A stretch of DNA of 64,000 bases from Planctomycetota bacterium (GTDB taxonomy: Bacteria; Planctomycetota; PLA2; JAEUHO01). Shown in pieces: positions 18,475 to 26,961 of the stretch. The DNA is taken from NCBI GenBank assembly GCA_964228555.1, contig CAXQZU010000045.1, positions 42,634-106,633 of the forward strand, read 5' to 3'. The notes beneath the pieces were generated by a model. The model made no database searches. It was not told where the DNA came from and saw nothing but the letters and a program-made list of their open reading frames with translations. Position numbers and translations under genes: made by a program. Each line of letters opens with the position of its first letter. Positions within the stretch are counted from its first letter, which is position 1.

Positions 18475-19908
18475 GTGTTCGACCAGCTGGCCCAGCGCTT
18501 CACCCGGCTCTTCTCCGGGCTCTCCCGCAACGCGCGGCTGACCGAGAAGAACATCGAGGAGGGGATCCAGGAGGTACGGCAGGCCCTGCTCGAGGCCGAC
18601 GTCAACCTCAAGGTGGTGGACGGGTTCGTGGACCGGGTGCGCCAGAAGGCGCTGGGCGCGCCCGCGCTGCCCGGCGTATCGCCGGCCCAGCAGTTCATCG
18701 GGGTGGTCAGCCAGGAGCTGGAAGCGCTGCTGGGCGGCGAGGCGCCGCGCATGCGCTGGAGCGACCGCGGGCCCACCGTGATCATGCTGGTGGGCCTGCA
18801 GGGCACGGGCAAGACGACCACCTGCGCCAAGATCGCGCGCTACCTGGCCAAGAAGGAGGGCAAGCGCCCGCTGCTGGTGGCGGCGGACGTGCAGCGCCCG
18901 GCGGCCATCGAGCAGCTCAAGGTGCTGGGCCGGCAGCTGGACCTGCCCGTCTATGCCGAGGAGGGCGGCCGCCCGCCCAAGATCTGCCGCCGCGCCGTGG
19001 ACAAGGCGGTGGAGCTGGGCCGCGACGTCGTGCTGCTGGACACGGCCGGCCGCCTGCACGTGGACCGCGAGCTGATGGACGAGCTCACGGACGTGCGCGA
19101 CATGGTCCAGCCCCACGAGACGTGGCTGGTCGTGGACGCCATGCTGGGCCAGGACGCGGTGCGCAGCGCGCAGGAGTTCCACCAGCGCCTGGACGTGACC
19201 GGCTTCGTGCTGACCAAGGCCGACGGCGACTCGCGCGGCGGTGCCGTGCTCGCCGTGCGCGAGGTGACGGGCCGGCCCGTGCGCTTCGTGGGCGTGGGCG
19301 AGAAGGTGGAGGCGCTCGAGGCCTTCGATCCCAAGCGCATGGCCCAGCGCATCCTGGGCATGGGCGACGTGGTGGGGCTGGTGGAGGAGGCGCAGGAGAA
19401 GGTCGACCAGGAGAAGGCGCAAGAGGCGGCCGAGCGGCTGTTCCTCGACACCTTCACCCTCGACGACCTGCGCAGCACCCTCGAGCAGGTGCAGCGGCTC
19501 GGGCCCATGCGCGAGATCCTCAAGAAGCTGCCCGGCGGGGCGTCCATCTCGCAGGACCAGCTGGCCATGCTCGACGACCGCCAGCTCACCCGCTGGTGCG
19601 CCGCGATTGCCAGCATGACCCCGTCCGAGCGGCGCGACCCGGGCCTGCTCAACGGCCAGCGCCGCCACCGGGTGGCCCGCGGCTCGGGCACCACGCCCGC
19701 CACGGTGGGCGAGGTGATCAAGGCCCACAAGCAGATGCAGCAGCAGATGCGCCTGCTCAAGCAGCAGGGGGGCCTGATGCAGCGCATGGGCGTGGGCGCC
19801 ATGCAGCGGCAGAAGGAGCGCCAGCTCAAGGACCTGAAGAAGCGCGGGACCGACCTGCGCGGCTGGTTCGACCCTCCGGGCTCCCGCCCGGCCCCCGGCA
19901 GGCACTAG
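18475..19908 (+). CDS. ffh: signal recognition particle protein Ffh
   Basis: GTG start at [13 protein letters not shown]. It has the N domain, the SRP54 GTPase ([26 protein letters not shown]) and a Met-rich M domain. Confidence 0.95.
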   Translation: MFDQLAQRFTRLFSGLSRNARLTEKNIEEGIQEVRQALLEADVNLKVVDGFVDRVRQKALGAPALPGVSPAQQFIGVVSQELEALLGGEAPRMRWSDRGPTVIMLVGLQGTGKTTTCAKIARYLAKKEGKRPLLVAADVQRPAAIEQLKVLGRQLDLPVYAEEGGRPPKICRRAVDKAVELGRDVVLLDTAGRLHVDRELMDELTDVRDMVQPHETWLVVDAMLGQDAVRSAQEFHQRLDVTGFVLTKADGDSRGGAVLAVREVTGRPVRFVGVGEKVEALEAFDPKRMAQRILGMGDVVGLVEEAQEKVDQEKAQEAAERLFLDTFTLDDLRSTLEQVQRLGPMREILKKLPGGASISQDQLAMLDDRQLTRWCAAIASMTPSERRDPGLLNGQRRHRVARGSGTTPATVGEVIKAHKQMQQQMRLLKQQGGLMQRMGVGAMQRQKERQLKDLKKRGTDLRGWFDPPGSRPAPGRH

Positions 19909-19990
19909 GGACGCCCGCGCCTAGCCTTCCCACGAGGCCCTCCCTGCCTCACCCTGTGCTCACGATCCCCAACCCCGCAGGAACCGACCC

Positions 19991-20332
19991 ATGTCGATCG
20001 TCATCCGCCTCTCGCGCCTCGGGCGCACCAACCGCTCGCACTTCCGCGTTGCCGTGTTCCCCAAGCGCAGCCGTCGCGACGGCCCGGCCATCGAGCAGCT
20101 GGGCATCTACGACCCGCGCGCCACGGACCCGGCCCAGAAGACGCGCCTGTCCACGGACCGCATCCTGTACTGGTACGGCCAGGGCGCCGAGGTGACGCCC
20201 CGCGTGCGCCTGTGGCTCAACCGTGCGGGCGTGGCGCTCAAGCCCCGCAAGAGCAACAAGCCCAACAACCGCATGCGCAAGTCGGCCGCCCGCAAGAAGG
20301 CCGCCGGCGCCAAGGGCAGCTCGAAGAAGTAG
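19991..20332 (+). CDS. rpsP: 30S ribosomal protein S16 (with basic C-terminal extension)
   Basis: MSIVIRLSRLGRTNRSHFRVAVFPKRSRRDGPAIEQLGIYDP is the canonical S16 sequence. Confidence 0.95.
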   Translation: MSIVIRLSRLGRTNRSHFRVAVFPKRSRRDGPAIEQLGIYDPRATDPAQKTRLSTDRILYWYGQGAEVTPRVRLWLNRAGVALKPRKSNKPNNRMRKSAARKKAAGAKGSSKK

Positions 20333-20416
20333 CCGCCAGGCCCGGCCGGGGGTGGGGCACGTGCGTGCCCCCGCCCGTCCGTGCCCCGGCTCCTGCCTCG
20401 CGGCAGGGGAGGTCTC

Positions 20417-21778
20417 GTGAACGCACCCGTCCAGCCCAAGGCCGCCAAGGCACCCAAGGCGCAGAAGCCCCCGATGTTCCCGCGCCCGGTGGGCAAGAAG
20501 CCGACGCTGGCCGAGGTGCTGGAGGTGCTGCAGCCCCTGTGCGGCGAGCCCGTGCACCTCGACCGTGCCGAGGACCCGCTGCTGGACCACCTGCTGGTGG
20601 CCGTGCTCTCGCTGCACACGACGCCCGCGCGCGCCCGCGACGCGCTGCGCGCCCTCTCGGGCACCTACCTCGACTTCAACGAGCTGCGCGTGAGCGCCCG
20701 CTCCGAGATCGAGAAGGCCCTCGAGGACTACGTGCCTTCCGACGTGCGCAAGAAGGCGGCGTGGGACCTGCGCATGGCACTGCAGGATGTCTACGACCAG
20801 ACCCACGGGCTGGACCTCGAGCCCCTGCGCAGCCGCGACCCAGACGACCTGGGCAGCTTCGTGGCGAACATGAAGAAGCCCGAGGAGAAGCCGGCCTACC
20901 CGCAGAGCGTGGGCGGCCCCGTGCCCGCCCTGCCCAACACGCCCGGCGGGCCCGCCGCCATGGTGTTCCAGCTGGCCGTGGGCAAGTCCAGCCTCGCGCT
21001 GGGCCCGCTGGAGCGCCGCTTCCTGGGCCGGCTGGGCCTGATGCCCAACGGCGCGCGCCTCGCGAACAAGCGCAAGGCGCTGGAGCGGCAGGTCAAGCCC
21101 GACGAGCGGCTGCGCTTCGCCTGGGTGGCGGGCACCTGTGCCCGCCTCTTCGAGACCGACTTCGACGAGCGCCATCCCTTCGCGCGCCTGCTCGTGGAGC
21201 GGCGCAGCAAGGAGCTGGAGGAGCGCGAGCGTGCGGCCCGTGCGGCCGAGAAGCTGGCCGAGGAGCTGCGCAAGAAGGAGGCCATCGAGGCCGCGCGCCG
21301 CCAGCGCATCGAGGACGAGGAGCGGCGCAAGCGCGAGAAGGTCGAGCAGCGCAAGGCGGCCGAGGCCGCGCGCAAGAAGGCCATCGAGGACCGCAAGCGG
21401 GCCGCCGAGGAGAAGCGCAAGGCGGCCGAGGCCGCGCGCAAGAAGGCCATCGAGGACCGCAAGCGGGCTGCCGAGGAGAAGCGCAAGGCGGCCGAGGCCG
21501 CGCGCAAGAAGGCCATCGAGGAGCGCAAGCGCGCTGCCGAGGCCAGGCGCAAGGCGGCCGAGGCCGCGCGCAAGAAGGCCATCGAGGAGCGCAAGCGCGC
21601 CGCCGAGGCCAAGCGCAAGGCGGCCGAGGCCGCGCGCAAGAAGGCCGCCGAGAAGGCCCGGGCCGAGCGCGAGCGGGCGGCCAAGGCCCGCCTCGCCAAG
21701 GGCAAGGGTGGCAAGGGCAAGGGTGGCAAGGGCAAGGGCGGCAAGGGTGGCAAGGGCGGCGGCGGTCGCAAGCGCTAG
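20417..21778 (+). CDS. HhH-GPD (endonuclease III)-like domain protein with Lys/Glu/Ala-rich tandem repeats and a KGKGG tail
   Basis: GTG 20417 has GGGGAGG upstream. The N-terminal region (LLDHLLVAVLSLHTTPARARDALRALSGTYLDFNELRVSARSEIEKAL) resembles EndoIII helices. The C-terminus carries about 4.5 copies of a 22-aa repeat RKAAEAARKKAIEDRKRAAEEK, then GKGKGGKGKGGKGKGGKGGKGGGG. Confidence 0.7.
   Translation: MNAPVQPKAAKAPKAQKPPMFPRPVGKKPTLAEVLEVLQPLCGEPVHLDRAEDPLLDHLLVAVLSLHTTPARARDALRALSGTYLDFNELRVSARSEIEKALEDYVPSDVRKKAAWDLRMALQDVYDQTHGLDLEPLRSRDPDDLGSFVANMKKPEEKPAYPQSVGGPVPALPNTPGGPAAMVFQLAVGKSSLALGPLERRFLGRLGLMPNGARLANKRKALERQVKPDERLRFAWVAGTCARLFETDFDERHPFARLLVERRSKELEERERAARAAEKLAEELRKKEAIEAARRQRIEDEERRKREKVEQRKAAEAARKKAIEDRKRAAEEKRKAAEAARKKAIEDRKRAAEEKRKAAEAARKKAIEERKRAAEARRKAAEAARKKAIEERKRAAEAKRKAAEAARKKAAEKARAERERAAKARLAKGKGGKGKGGKGKGGKGGKGGGGRKR
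21350..21650 (+). repeat. 66-bp tandem repeat, about 4.5 copies, in-frame inside CDS 20417..21778
   Basis: Units start at 21350, 21416, 21482, 21548 and 21614 (CGCAAGGCGGCCGAGGCCGCGCGCAAGAAGGCCATCGAGGACCGCAAGCGGGCCGCCGAGGAGAAG). There are only a few substitutions between copies. Confidence 0.85.
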
Positions 21779-21784
21779 GCGGCG

Positions 21785-22417
21785 ATGATCCCCGGCGGGC
21801 GCCAGCCCCTGTTGCTGGCCAGCGGCTCGCCGCGGCGCGTGGCGCTGCTGGAGGCGGCGGGCATCGCCTTCGAGCGCGGGGCGGCCCCGGGCGTGGACGA
21901 GACGCCCGAGCCCGGCTGGAGCGCTCGCACGACGGCCCAGAGGCTGGCCGAGCGCAAGGCCTGCGCGGGCCTCGGGGCCGCGCCCGGGCGGCATGTGCTG
22001 GGGGCAGACACCGTGGTGGCCGTGGACGGGCTCCTGCTGGGCAAGCCGCGCGACGCGGCCGATGCCGAGGCCATGCTGGGGCGGCTGCAGGGCCGTGAGC
22101 ACGAGGTGCTCACGGGCGTGGCGCTGGCGACGCCTGGAGGCCTGTGGAGCGAGGTGGCGGTGGCGCGTGTGCGCATGGCGCCGCTGTCGCCGTCGCAGGT
22201 GCGCGACTACGTGGCCGGCGGCGAGCCCATGGACAAGGCCGGTGCCTACGCCCTGCAGGGGGAGGCGAGTGCCTTCACGCGCGTGGTGCTGGGCGAGGCC
22301 GACACGGTGGTGGGGCTTTCCGTCGCGCTGGTGCGGCGGCTGCTCGCGGCCGCCGAGGCGCCCGACGGGTATGCTGCCCTGCGGAGGCCGCCGTGCGCGC
22401 CACGACCAAGGCCGTGA
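21785..22417 (+). CDS. maf: Maf-family nucleoside triphosphate pyrophosphatase
   Basis: LLLASGSPRRVALLEAAGIAF, GADTVVAVDG..LGKP and DKAGAYALQG are Maf signatures. Confidence 0.9.
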   Translation: MIPGGRQPLLLASGSPRRVALLEAAGIAFERGAAPGVDETPEPGWSARTTAQRLAERKACAGLGAAPGRHVLGADTVVAVDGLLLGKPRDAADAEAMLGRLQGREHEVLTGVALATPGGLWSEVAVARVRMAPLSPSQVRDYVAGGEPMDKAGAYALQGEASAFTRVVLGEADTVVGLSVALVRRLLAAAEAPDGYAALRRPPCAPRPRP

Positions 22418-22974
22418 TCGTGCTGTTCGTGCTGGCCTTCGGCACGCTGTTCTGGCTCGCCAGCAGCAGCCTCGACATGGTGCGCCCCGACATCGAGGCG
22501 GCGCGCGCGCTGGGCGCCGAGCTGCGCGCTGCCGGGCTGGTGGAGGGCGAGGTCCCGGTGCGCCTGCGGCGCATGCAGGGCTCGCGCGACCGCGAGGGCC
22601 CGGGGCTGAACATGGAGCTGGTGCCCTCGGCGGCTGCCTGCCGCCGGCAGGGCGGCCTCGCCGACCTGGCGGTGCGTGCGGCGCTGGCCGCCGCGCGCAT
22701 CTACGGCGAGCGCGGCGAGGTGCTGCGCTGGTGGAAGGTGACGCTGGAACTGCCCGGCGGGCAGGCACGCACGGCGCACCTGGACCGCCGCGAGGGGCTG
22801 GCCGGGGCGGCGGCCCTGGAGGGCCCCGAGCCCGCCTTCCCGCTGGCCTGGGCCGTGCCGGGCGACCCGGCTGACCCGGGGCCCCCGCCTGCGCCTGCGG
22901 CCGCCCCGGGGCCGCCTGCGCCGGCCCCGGCCATCCCCGCCGGCGGGGCCTCCACGCCCGCAGGCGGGCGCTAG
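22393..22974 (+). CDS. membrane-anchored hypothetical protein with Pro/Ala-rich tail
   Basis: GTG start overlaps the maf end by 25 nt. It has an N-terminal TM helix (AVIVLFVLAFGTLFWLASSS). No family was recognised. Confidence 0.5.
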   Translation: MRATTKAVIVLFVLAFGTLFWLASSSLDMVRPDIEAARALGAELRAAGLVEGEVPVRLRRMQGSRDREGPGLNMELVPSAAACRRQGGLADLAVRAALAAARIYGERGEVLRWWKVTLELPGGQARTAHLDRREGLAGAAALEGPEPAFPLAWAVPGDPADPGPPPAPAAAPGPPAPAPAIPAGGASTPAGGR

Positions 22975-23070
22975 GCGCGGCCTCCGGGGCAGCGCCTCCC
23001 CGGTCCCGGCTGGCACGGGAGCGGGCTGGGGCTACCTTGCCTCGTTCCCGCCCGATCCCGGAGCCCGGCC

Positions 23071-23361
23071 ATGAAGAAGGACATCCATCCCGCCTACCAC
23101 CCCGTGGTGTTCGTCGACACCGGGGCCAACGCCGAGTTCCGCACCCGCTCCACCCTCAAGAGCAAGGAAGTGCGCAAGATCGACGGCGTGGACCACTACG
23201 TGGTGCGCCTCGACGTGTCCTCGGCCTCGCACCCGTTCTACACGGGCAAGCAGCGCTTCGTGGACGCCGCGGGCCGCATCGACAAGTTCCGCAGCAAGTA
23301 CGGCACCTCGTACGCGAAGAAGAAGGGCGAGGGCGCGGCGGAGGCTGCGCCCGCCAAGTAG
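23071..23361 (+). CDS. rpmE: 50S ribosomal protein L31, Cys-less (type B-like)
   Basis: MKKDIHPAYHPVVFVD...HPFYTGKQRFVDAAGRIDKFRSKYG is L31. No CxxC zinc-ribbon cysteines are present. Confidence 0.95.
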   Translation: MKKDIHPAYHPVVFVDTGANAEFRTRSTLKSKEVRKIDGVDHYVVRLDVSSASHPFYTGKQRFVDAAGRIDKFRSKYGTSYAKKKGEGAAEAAPAK

Positions 23362-23385
23362 GCCGGGGTCGGGCGCGCGGCGACG

Positions 23386-24468
23386 ATGCTCTCCAGCCAC
23401 CTCGAGGAGCGCGTCCGCGACATCGTGCGCCACGCCCGCGAGCTCGAGGCCAAGAGCCTCGACCCCGCGGTGGCCGCCGACCACAACGCCTACCGGCGCC
23501 TGCGGCTGGAGCTGATCCGCTACCAGCCCACGGTGGACGCCTACTCCACCTACACGCGCGCGCTGGCCGAGATCGACGAGGCCAAGGCCCTGCTGGCCGA
23601 CGGCGGCACCGACGCCGCCATGCGCGCGCTGGCGCAGGAAGAGCTGGCCGCGCTGCAGCAGCGCGTGGCCACGGCCGAGGAGGACGTCAAGTCCAGCCTC
23701 GTGAGCCAGGACGAGGACGACCACAAGGACGCCATCGTGGAGCTGCGCCCGGGCGCCGGCGGGGACGAGGCTGCGCTGTGGGCGCGCGACCTCTACCGCA
23801 TGTACAAGCTGCTGGCCGACCGTCGCGGCTGGAAGATGGAGACGATGGAGCTGGCGGCCGGCGAGGGGGGCGGCCTCAAGGAGGCCGTCTTCGCCCTGCG
23901 CGGCACCAACGTGTTCCAGGACATGCGCTACGAGTCGGGCGTGCATCGCGTCCAGCGCGTGCCCGAGACCGAGACGCAGGGCCGCATCCACACCTCGACG
24001 GCCACCGTGGCCGTGCTGCCCGAGGCCGAGGACGTGGACATCGAGCTCAAGGACAGCGACATCGAGATGCAGGCCATGCGGGCCGGGGGCCCGGGCGGCC
24101 AGAACGTGAACAAGACCTCGTCGGCCGTGCGGCTCACGCACGTGCCCACGGGCATCACCGTCAAGTGCCAGGCCGACCCCTCGCAGCACAAGAACCGCGC
24201 CACCGCGATGCGCATGCTGCGCACCAAGCTCTACGAGATGGAGGTCGAGCGGCGCCAGAAGGAGCGCGCCGACGCGCGCCGCGGCCAGATCGGGCGCGGC
24301 GACCGCAGCGAGAAGATCCGGACCTACAACTACAAGGAGAACCGGGTCACCGACCACCGCATCAGCCTCACGGTGCATGCGCTGGACCGGGTGCTGGAGG
24401 GCGAGCTGGACGTGGTGCTCGACGCGCTCAAGAAGGCCGACCGCGAGGAGCGGCTGCAGAGCCTCTAG
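23386..24468 (+). CDS. prfA: peptide chain release factor 1
   Basis: It has the GGQ motif ([13 protein letters not shown]) and an RF1-type PxT tripeptide ([14 protein letters not shown]). The length of 360 aa fits. Confidence 0.95.
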   Translation: MLSSHLEERVRDIVRHARELEAKSLDPAVAADHNAYRRLRLELIRYQPTVDAYSTYTRALAEIDEAKALLADGGTDAAMRALAQEELAALQQRVATAEEDVKSSLVSQDEDDHKDAIVELRPGAGGDEAALWARDLYRMYKLLADRRGWKMETMELAAGEGGGLKEAVFALRGTNVFQDMRYESGVHRVQRVPETETQGRIHTSTATVAVLPEAEDVDIELKDSDIEMQAMRAGGPGGQNVNKTSSAVRLTHVPTGITVKCQADPSQHKNRATAMRMLRTKLYEMEVERRQKERADARRGQIGRGDRSEKIRTYNYKENRVTDHRISLTVHALDRVLEGELDVVLDALKKADREERLQSL

Positions 24469-24602
24469 GCCGCCGGGCGGGGCGCCCGGCGCCAGCCCGG
24501 CCCGGCGCACCGGGCCGGGCCGCGTGGCGCATCGGGGGCCCACGCTTGGAGGGCCGTGGGGCCTTCCGTAGGATGGGGGACCACCTGCGAGGGAGCCCAT
24601 CC

Positions 24603-25193
24603 ATGAGCGACGCCAACGATCCCATCGAGAACGAGGCCGCCCCCGCGCCGGGCAGTGCCGAGGCCCTGATGCAGGAGGCCGAGATGGGCCGCCGCCGCGC
24701 CGTCGCGGCCATGAGCCAGGTGCACAAGGAGCACTTCGCGCTGCTCTTCGCCCACTGCTTCTTCCTGGCCGGCTCGCTGGCCGCCTGGAATCGCGCGGAG
24801 CCGGGGGCCACGGCCTCCAGCGGCGCCCTGCTCCACGGCCTGGACACCATCCGCGGCGCCGCGATCTTCGCGCTGGCGCTCTACGGCTTCTGGGTGTCGG
24901 CCATCGGCCTCTACACGAGGCGTACGGTCGTGTGGCCCTTCCTGCTCAACGCACTGCTGGCCCTGTGGGTGGGCCTGGGCGGCGTGATCGATGGCTTCAA
25001 GGCCGAGGCCTTCGGCAAGGCCATGGACAGCGTGCCCGCCGGTTCCTCCTACCTCGCCAAGTACCTGGCCGGGCCCGGCTCCATCGCCCCGGGCTTCTGG
25101 ATGCTGGCGGCGGCGGGCGTGCTGGTGATCTTCCTGATCATCAAGGGCATCCTGGGCGGTGCGTCCAAGTCCAAGGCGCGCGCCTCGAAGTAG
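24603..25193 (+). CDS. hypothetical integral membrane protein (about 5 TM)
   Basis: 196-aa ORF with several hydrophobic helices. It is inserted between prfA and prmC. Confidence 0.6.
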   Translation: MSDANDPIENEAAPAPGSAEALMQEAEMGRRRAVAAMSQVHKEHFALLFAHCFFLAGSLAAWNRAEPGATASSGALLHGLDTIRGAAIFALALYGFWVSAIGLYTRRTVVWPFLLNALLALWVGLGGVIDGFKAEAFGKAMDSVPAGSSYLAKYLAGPGSIAPGFWMLAAAGVLVIFLIIKGILGGASKSKARASK

Positions 25194-25246
25194 CCCGCCG
25201 GCGAGCGGCCGCCCTCCAGACGGGGCGTGCCGTGTCGTGACATGCC

Positions 25247-26122
25247 CTGCGGAGCCCTGCCCTGAAGCTGCTCGAGATCCTGCAGCGCTCCACCGCATGG
25301 CTCAAGGAGCGCGGCTGCGAGTCGGCGCGCCTGGACGCCGAGCTGCTCATCGCGCACGGGCTGGGCGTGGGGCGCCTGGACCTCTACCTCCAGTTCGACC
25401 GGCCCGTGTCGCCGGCGGAGGCGGAGACCCTGCGCGGGCTGGTGCGCGAGCGGGGGCGCGGCGTGCCCGTGGCCTACCTGGTGGGCACGCGCGGCTTCTG
25501 GTCGCTGGATCTCGCGGTGACGCCCGCCGTGCTGGTGCCGCGGCCGGAGACCGAGCACCTGGTGGAGGTGGCCCTGCTGGCGTTGCGCGCGGCCCCGGCG
25601 CCGCGCTTCGTGGACGTGGGCACGGGCAGCGGCTGCGTGGCGGTGGCGGTGCTGCATGAGCTGCCGCAGGCCCGCGCCCACGCCACCGACCTCTCGGGGG
25701 CGGCGCTGGAGGTGGCGCGTGGCAATGCCCAGCGCCACGGCGTGCTGGAGCGACTCTCCCTGCACCCGGGCGACCTGCTCGAGCCGCTGCGGGACAGCGA
25801 GGACTGGGGGCGCCTGGACGCCGTGCTGAGCAACCCGCCCTACATCGTGCGCGGCGACCCCTCGGTCGAGGCCGCCGTGCATGCCCACGAGCCGCACGAG
25901 GCGCTCTACGTGCCGGGCGACGATCCGCTGGAGGTGGCGATGCGGCTCTCCACGCAGGCGCTCGAGGCCCTGGCGCCTGGCGGCCTGCTGGCGCTGGAGG
26001 TGGGGGCAGGCAGCGCCGCCACCGCCTGCGAGCGCCTCGCGGGGGCCGGATGGGAGGAGCCCACGGCGTGGGCGGACCTCGCCGGCATCGACCGCATCGT
26101 GAGCGCGCGGCGCCCCTCCTAG
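25247..26122 (+). CDS. prmC: release factor glutamine N5-methyltransferase PrmC/HemK (start uncertain, see finding)
   Basis: It has the SAM motif VDVGTGSGCVAV and the NPPY catalytic motif (LSNPPYIV). The conserved N-terminal helical domain (LKLLEILQRSTAWLKERGCESARLDAELLIAHGLG) is encoded in frame upstream of the first ATG/GTG/TTG at 25367. Confidence 0.85.
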   Translation: MRSPALKLLEILQRSTAWLKERGCESARLDAELLIAHGLGVGRLDLYLQFDRPVSPAEAETLRGLVRERGRGVPVAYLVGTRGFWSLDLAVTPAVLVPRPETEHLVEVALLALRAAPAPRFVDVGTGSGCVAVAVLHELPQARAHATDLSGAALEVARGNAQRHGVLERLSLHPGDLLEPLRDSEDWGRLDAVLSNPPYIVRGDPSVEAAVHAHEPHEALYVPGDDPLEVAMRLSTQALEALAPGGLLALEVGAGSAATACERLAGAGWEEPTAWADLAGIDRIVSARRPS

Positions 26123-26961
26123 GCGCGTGCGCCGGCCCGGCGCCCGCGGCGAGCCCCGCCCCCGGCCATCCCGAAGGCCTCGCGCAGGTGGCGCACCGCG
26201 TTGCGGAAGGGCAGCATGCCCTCGGGCACCGGCGGGGCCTCGCCGGCGTGGAAGCGCGGGTCCTGCCAGGGGAACTGGTTGCGCTCGGGGTGCGGCATGA
26301 GGCCCAGCACGCGGCCGGTGGGGTCGGTGATGCCGGCCACGTCGCGGGTGGCGCCGTTGGGGTTCCACGGGTAGCGCGCGGGCACGCGGCCCGAGGGATC
26401 GACGTAGCGCAGCGCCAGCTGGCCGCCTGCCGCCAGCCGCTCCAGCGTGGCCTCGTCGCGTGCGAGGAAGCGGCCCTCGCCATGCGCCACGGGGCAGGCG
26501 ATGCGGTCGCCGCGCGTGAAGAAGGCGTTGCTGGCGGTGGCCTCCAGCGTGACCCAGCGGTCCTCGTAGCGGTTGCTCACGTTGGCGGCCAGCGCCACCG
26601 ACTGCTCCTCGCTGCCCTCCAGCGCGGGCAGCAGGCCCGTCTTCACGAGCACCTGGAAGCCGTTGCAGATGCCCAGCACGATGCCGCCGCGGTCCACCAG
26701 CCGGCGCACGCGAGGCAGCAGGCGGTTGCGCACCAGCGCGCCGTAGACCGTGCCGGCGCCCAGGTCGTCGCCGAACGAGAAGCCGCCCGGCAGCGCGAGG
26801 CCCTGCACCTCCTCCAGCAGCCGCGGACGCGCCAGCACGGCGTTGAGGTGCGCATGCACGGCCTGTGCGCCGGCGGCCTCGAAGGCGAAGGCGGTCTCGC
26901 GCTCGCAGTTGGTGCCGGGGGCGCGCACCACCAGGATGCGGGGGTCGCGGGAGCGGGTCAT
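26119..26961 (-). CDS. purQ: phosphoribosylformylglycinamidine synthase, glutamine amidotransferase subunit PurQ
   Basis: 280 aa from MTRSRDPRILVVRAPGTNCERE. It has the class I GATase nucleophile context LGICNGFQVL and the HPER motif near the C-terminus. The ATGA overlaps the purL stop. Confidence 0.9.
   Translation of the reverse strand: MTRSRDPRILVVRAPGTNCERETAFAFEAAGAQAVHAHLNAVLARPRLLEEVQGLALPGGFSFGDDLGAGTVYGALVRNRLLPRVRRLVDRGGIVLGICNGFQVLVKTGLLPALEGSEEQSVALAANVSNRYEDRWVTLEATASNAFFTRGDRIACPVAHGEGRFLARDEATLERLAAGGQLALRYVDPSGRVPARYPWNPNGATRDVAGITDPTGRVLGLMPHPERNQFPWQDPRFHAGEAPPVPEGMLPFRNAVRHLREAFGMAGGGARRGRRAGARA

Noticed and set aside
21350-21650. Regular 66-bp repeats, considered as a possible CRISPR array or satellite
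   Set aside because: The units are directly abutting with no spacers. They are in frame and encode a charged helical protein repeat inside a CDS.
23011-23027. TGGCACGGGAGCGGGCT upstream of rpmE as a sigma54 promoter
   Set aside because: The -24 box is perfect, but there is no GC dinucleotide at the required -12 spacing (it reads GG).
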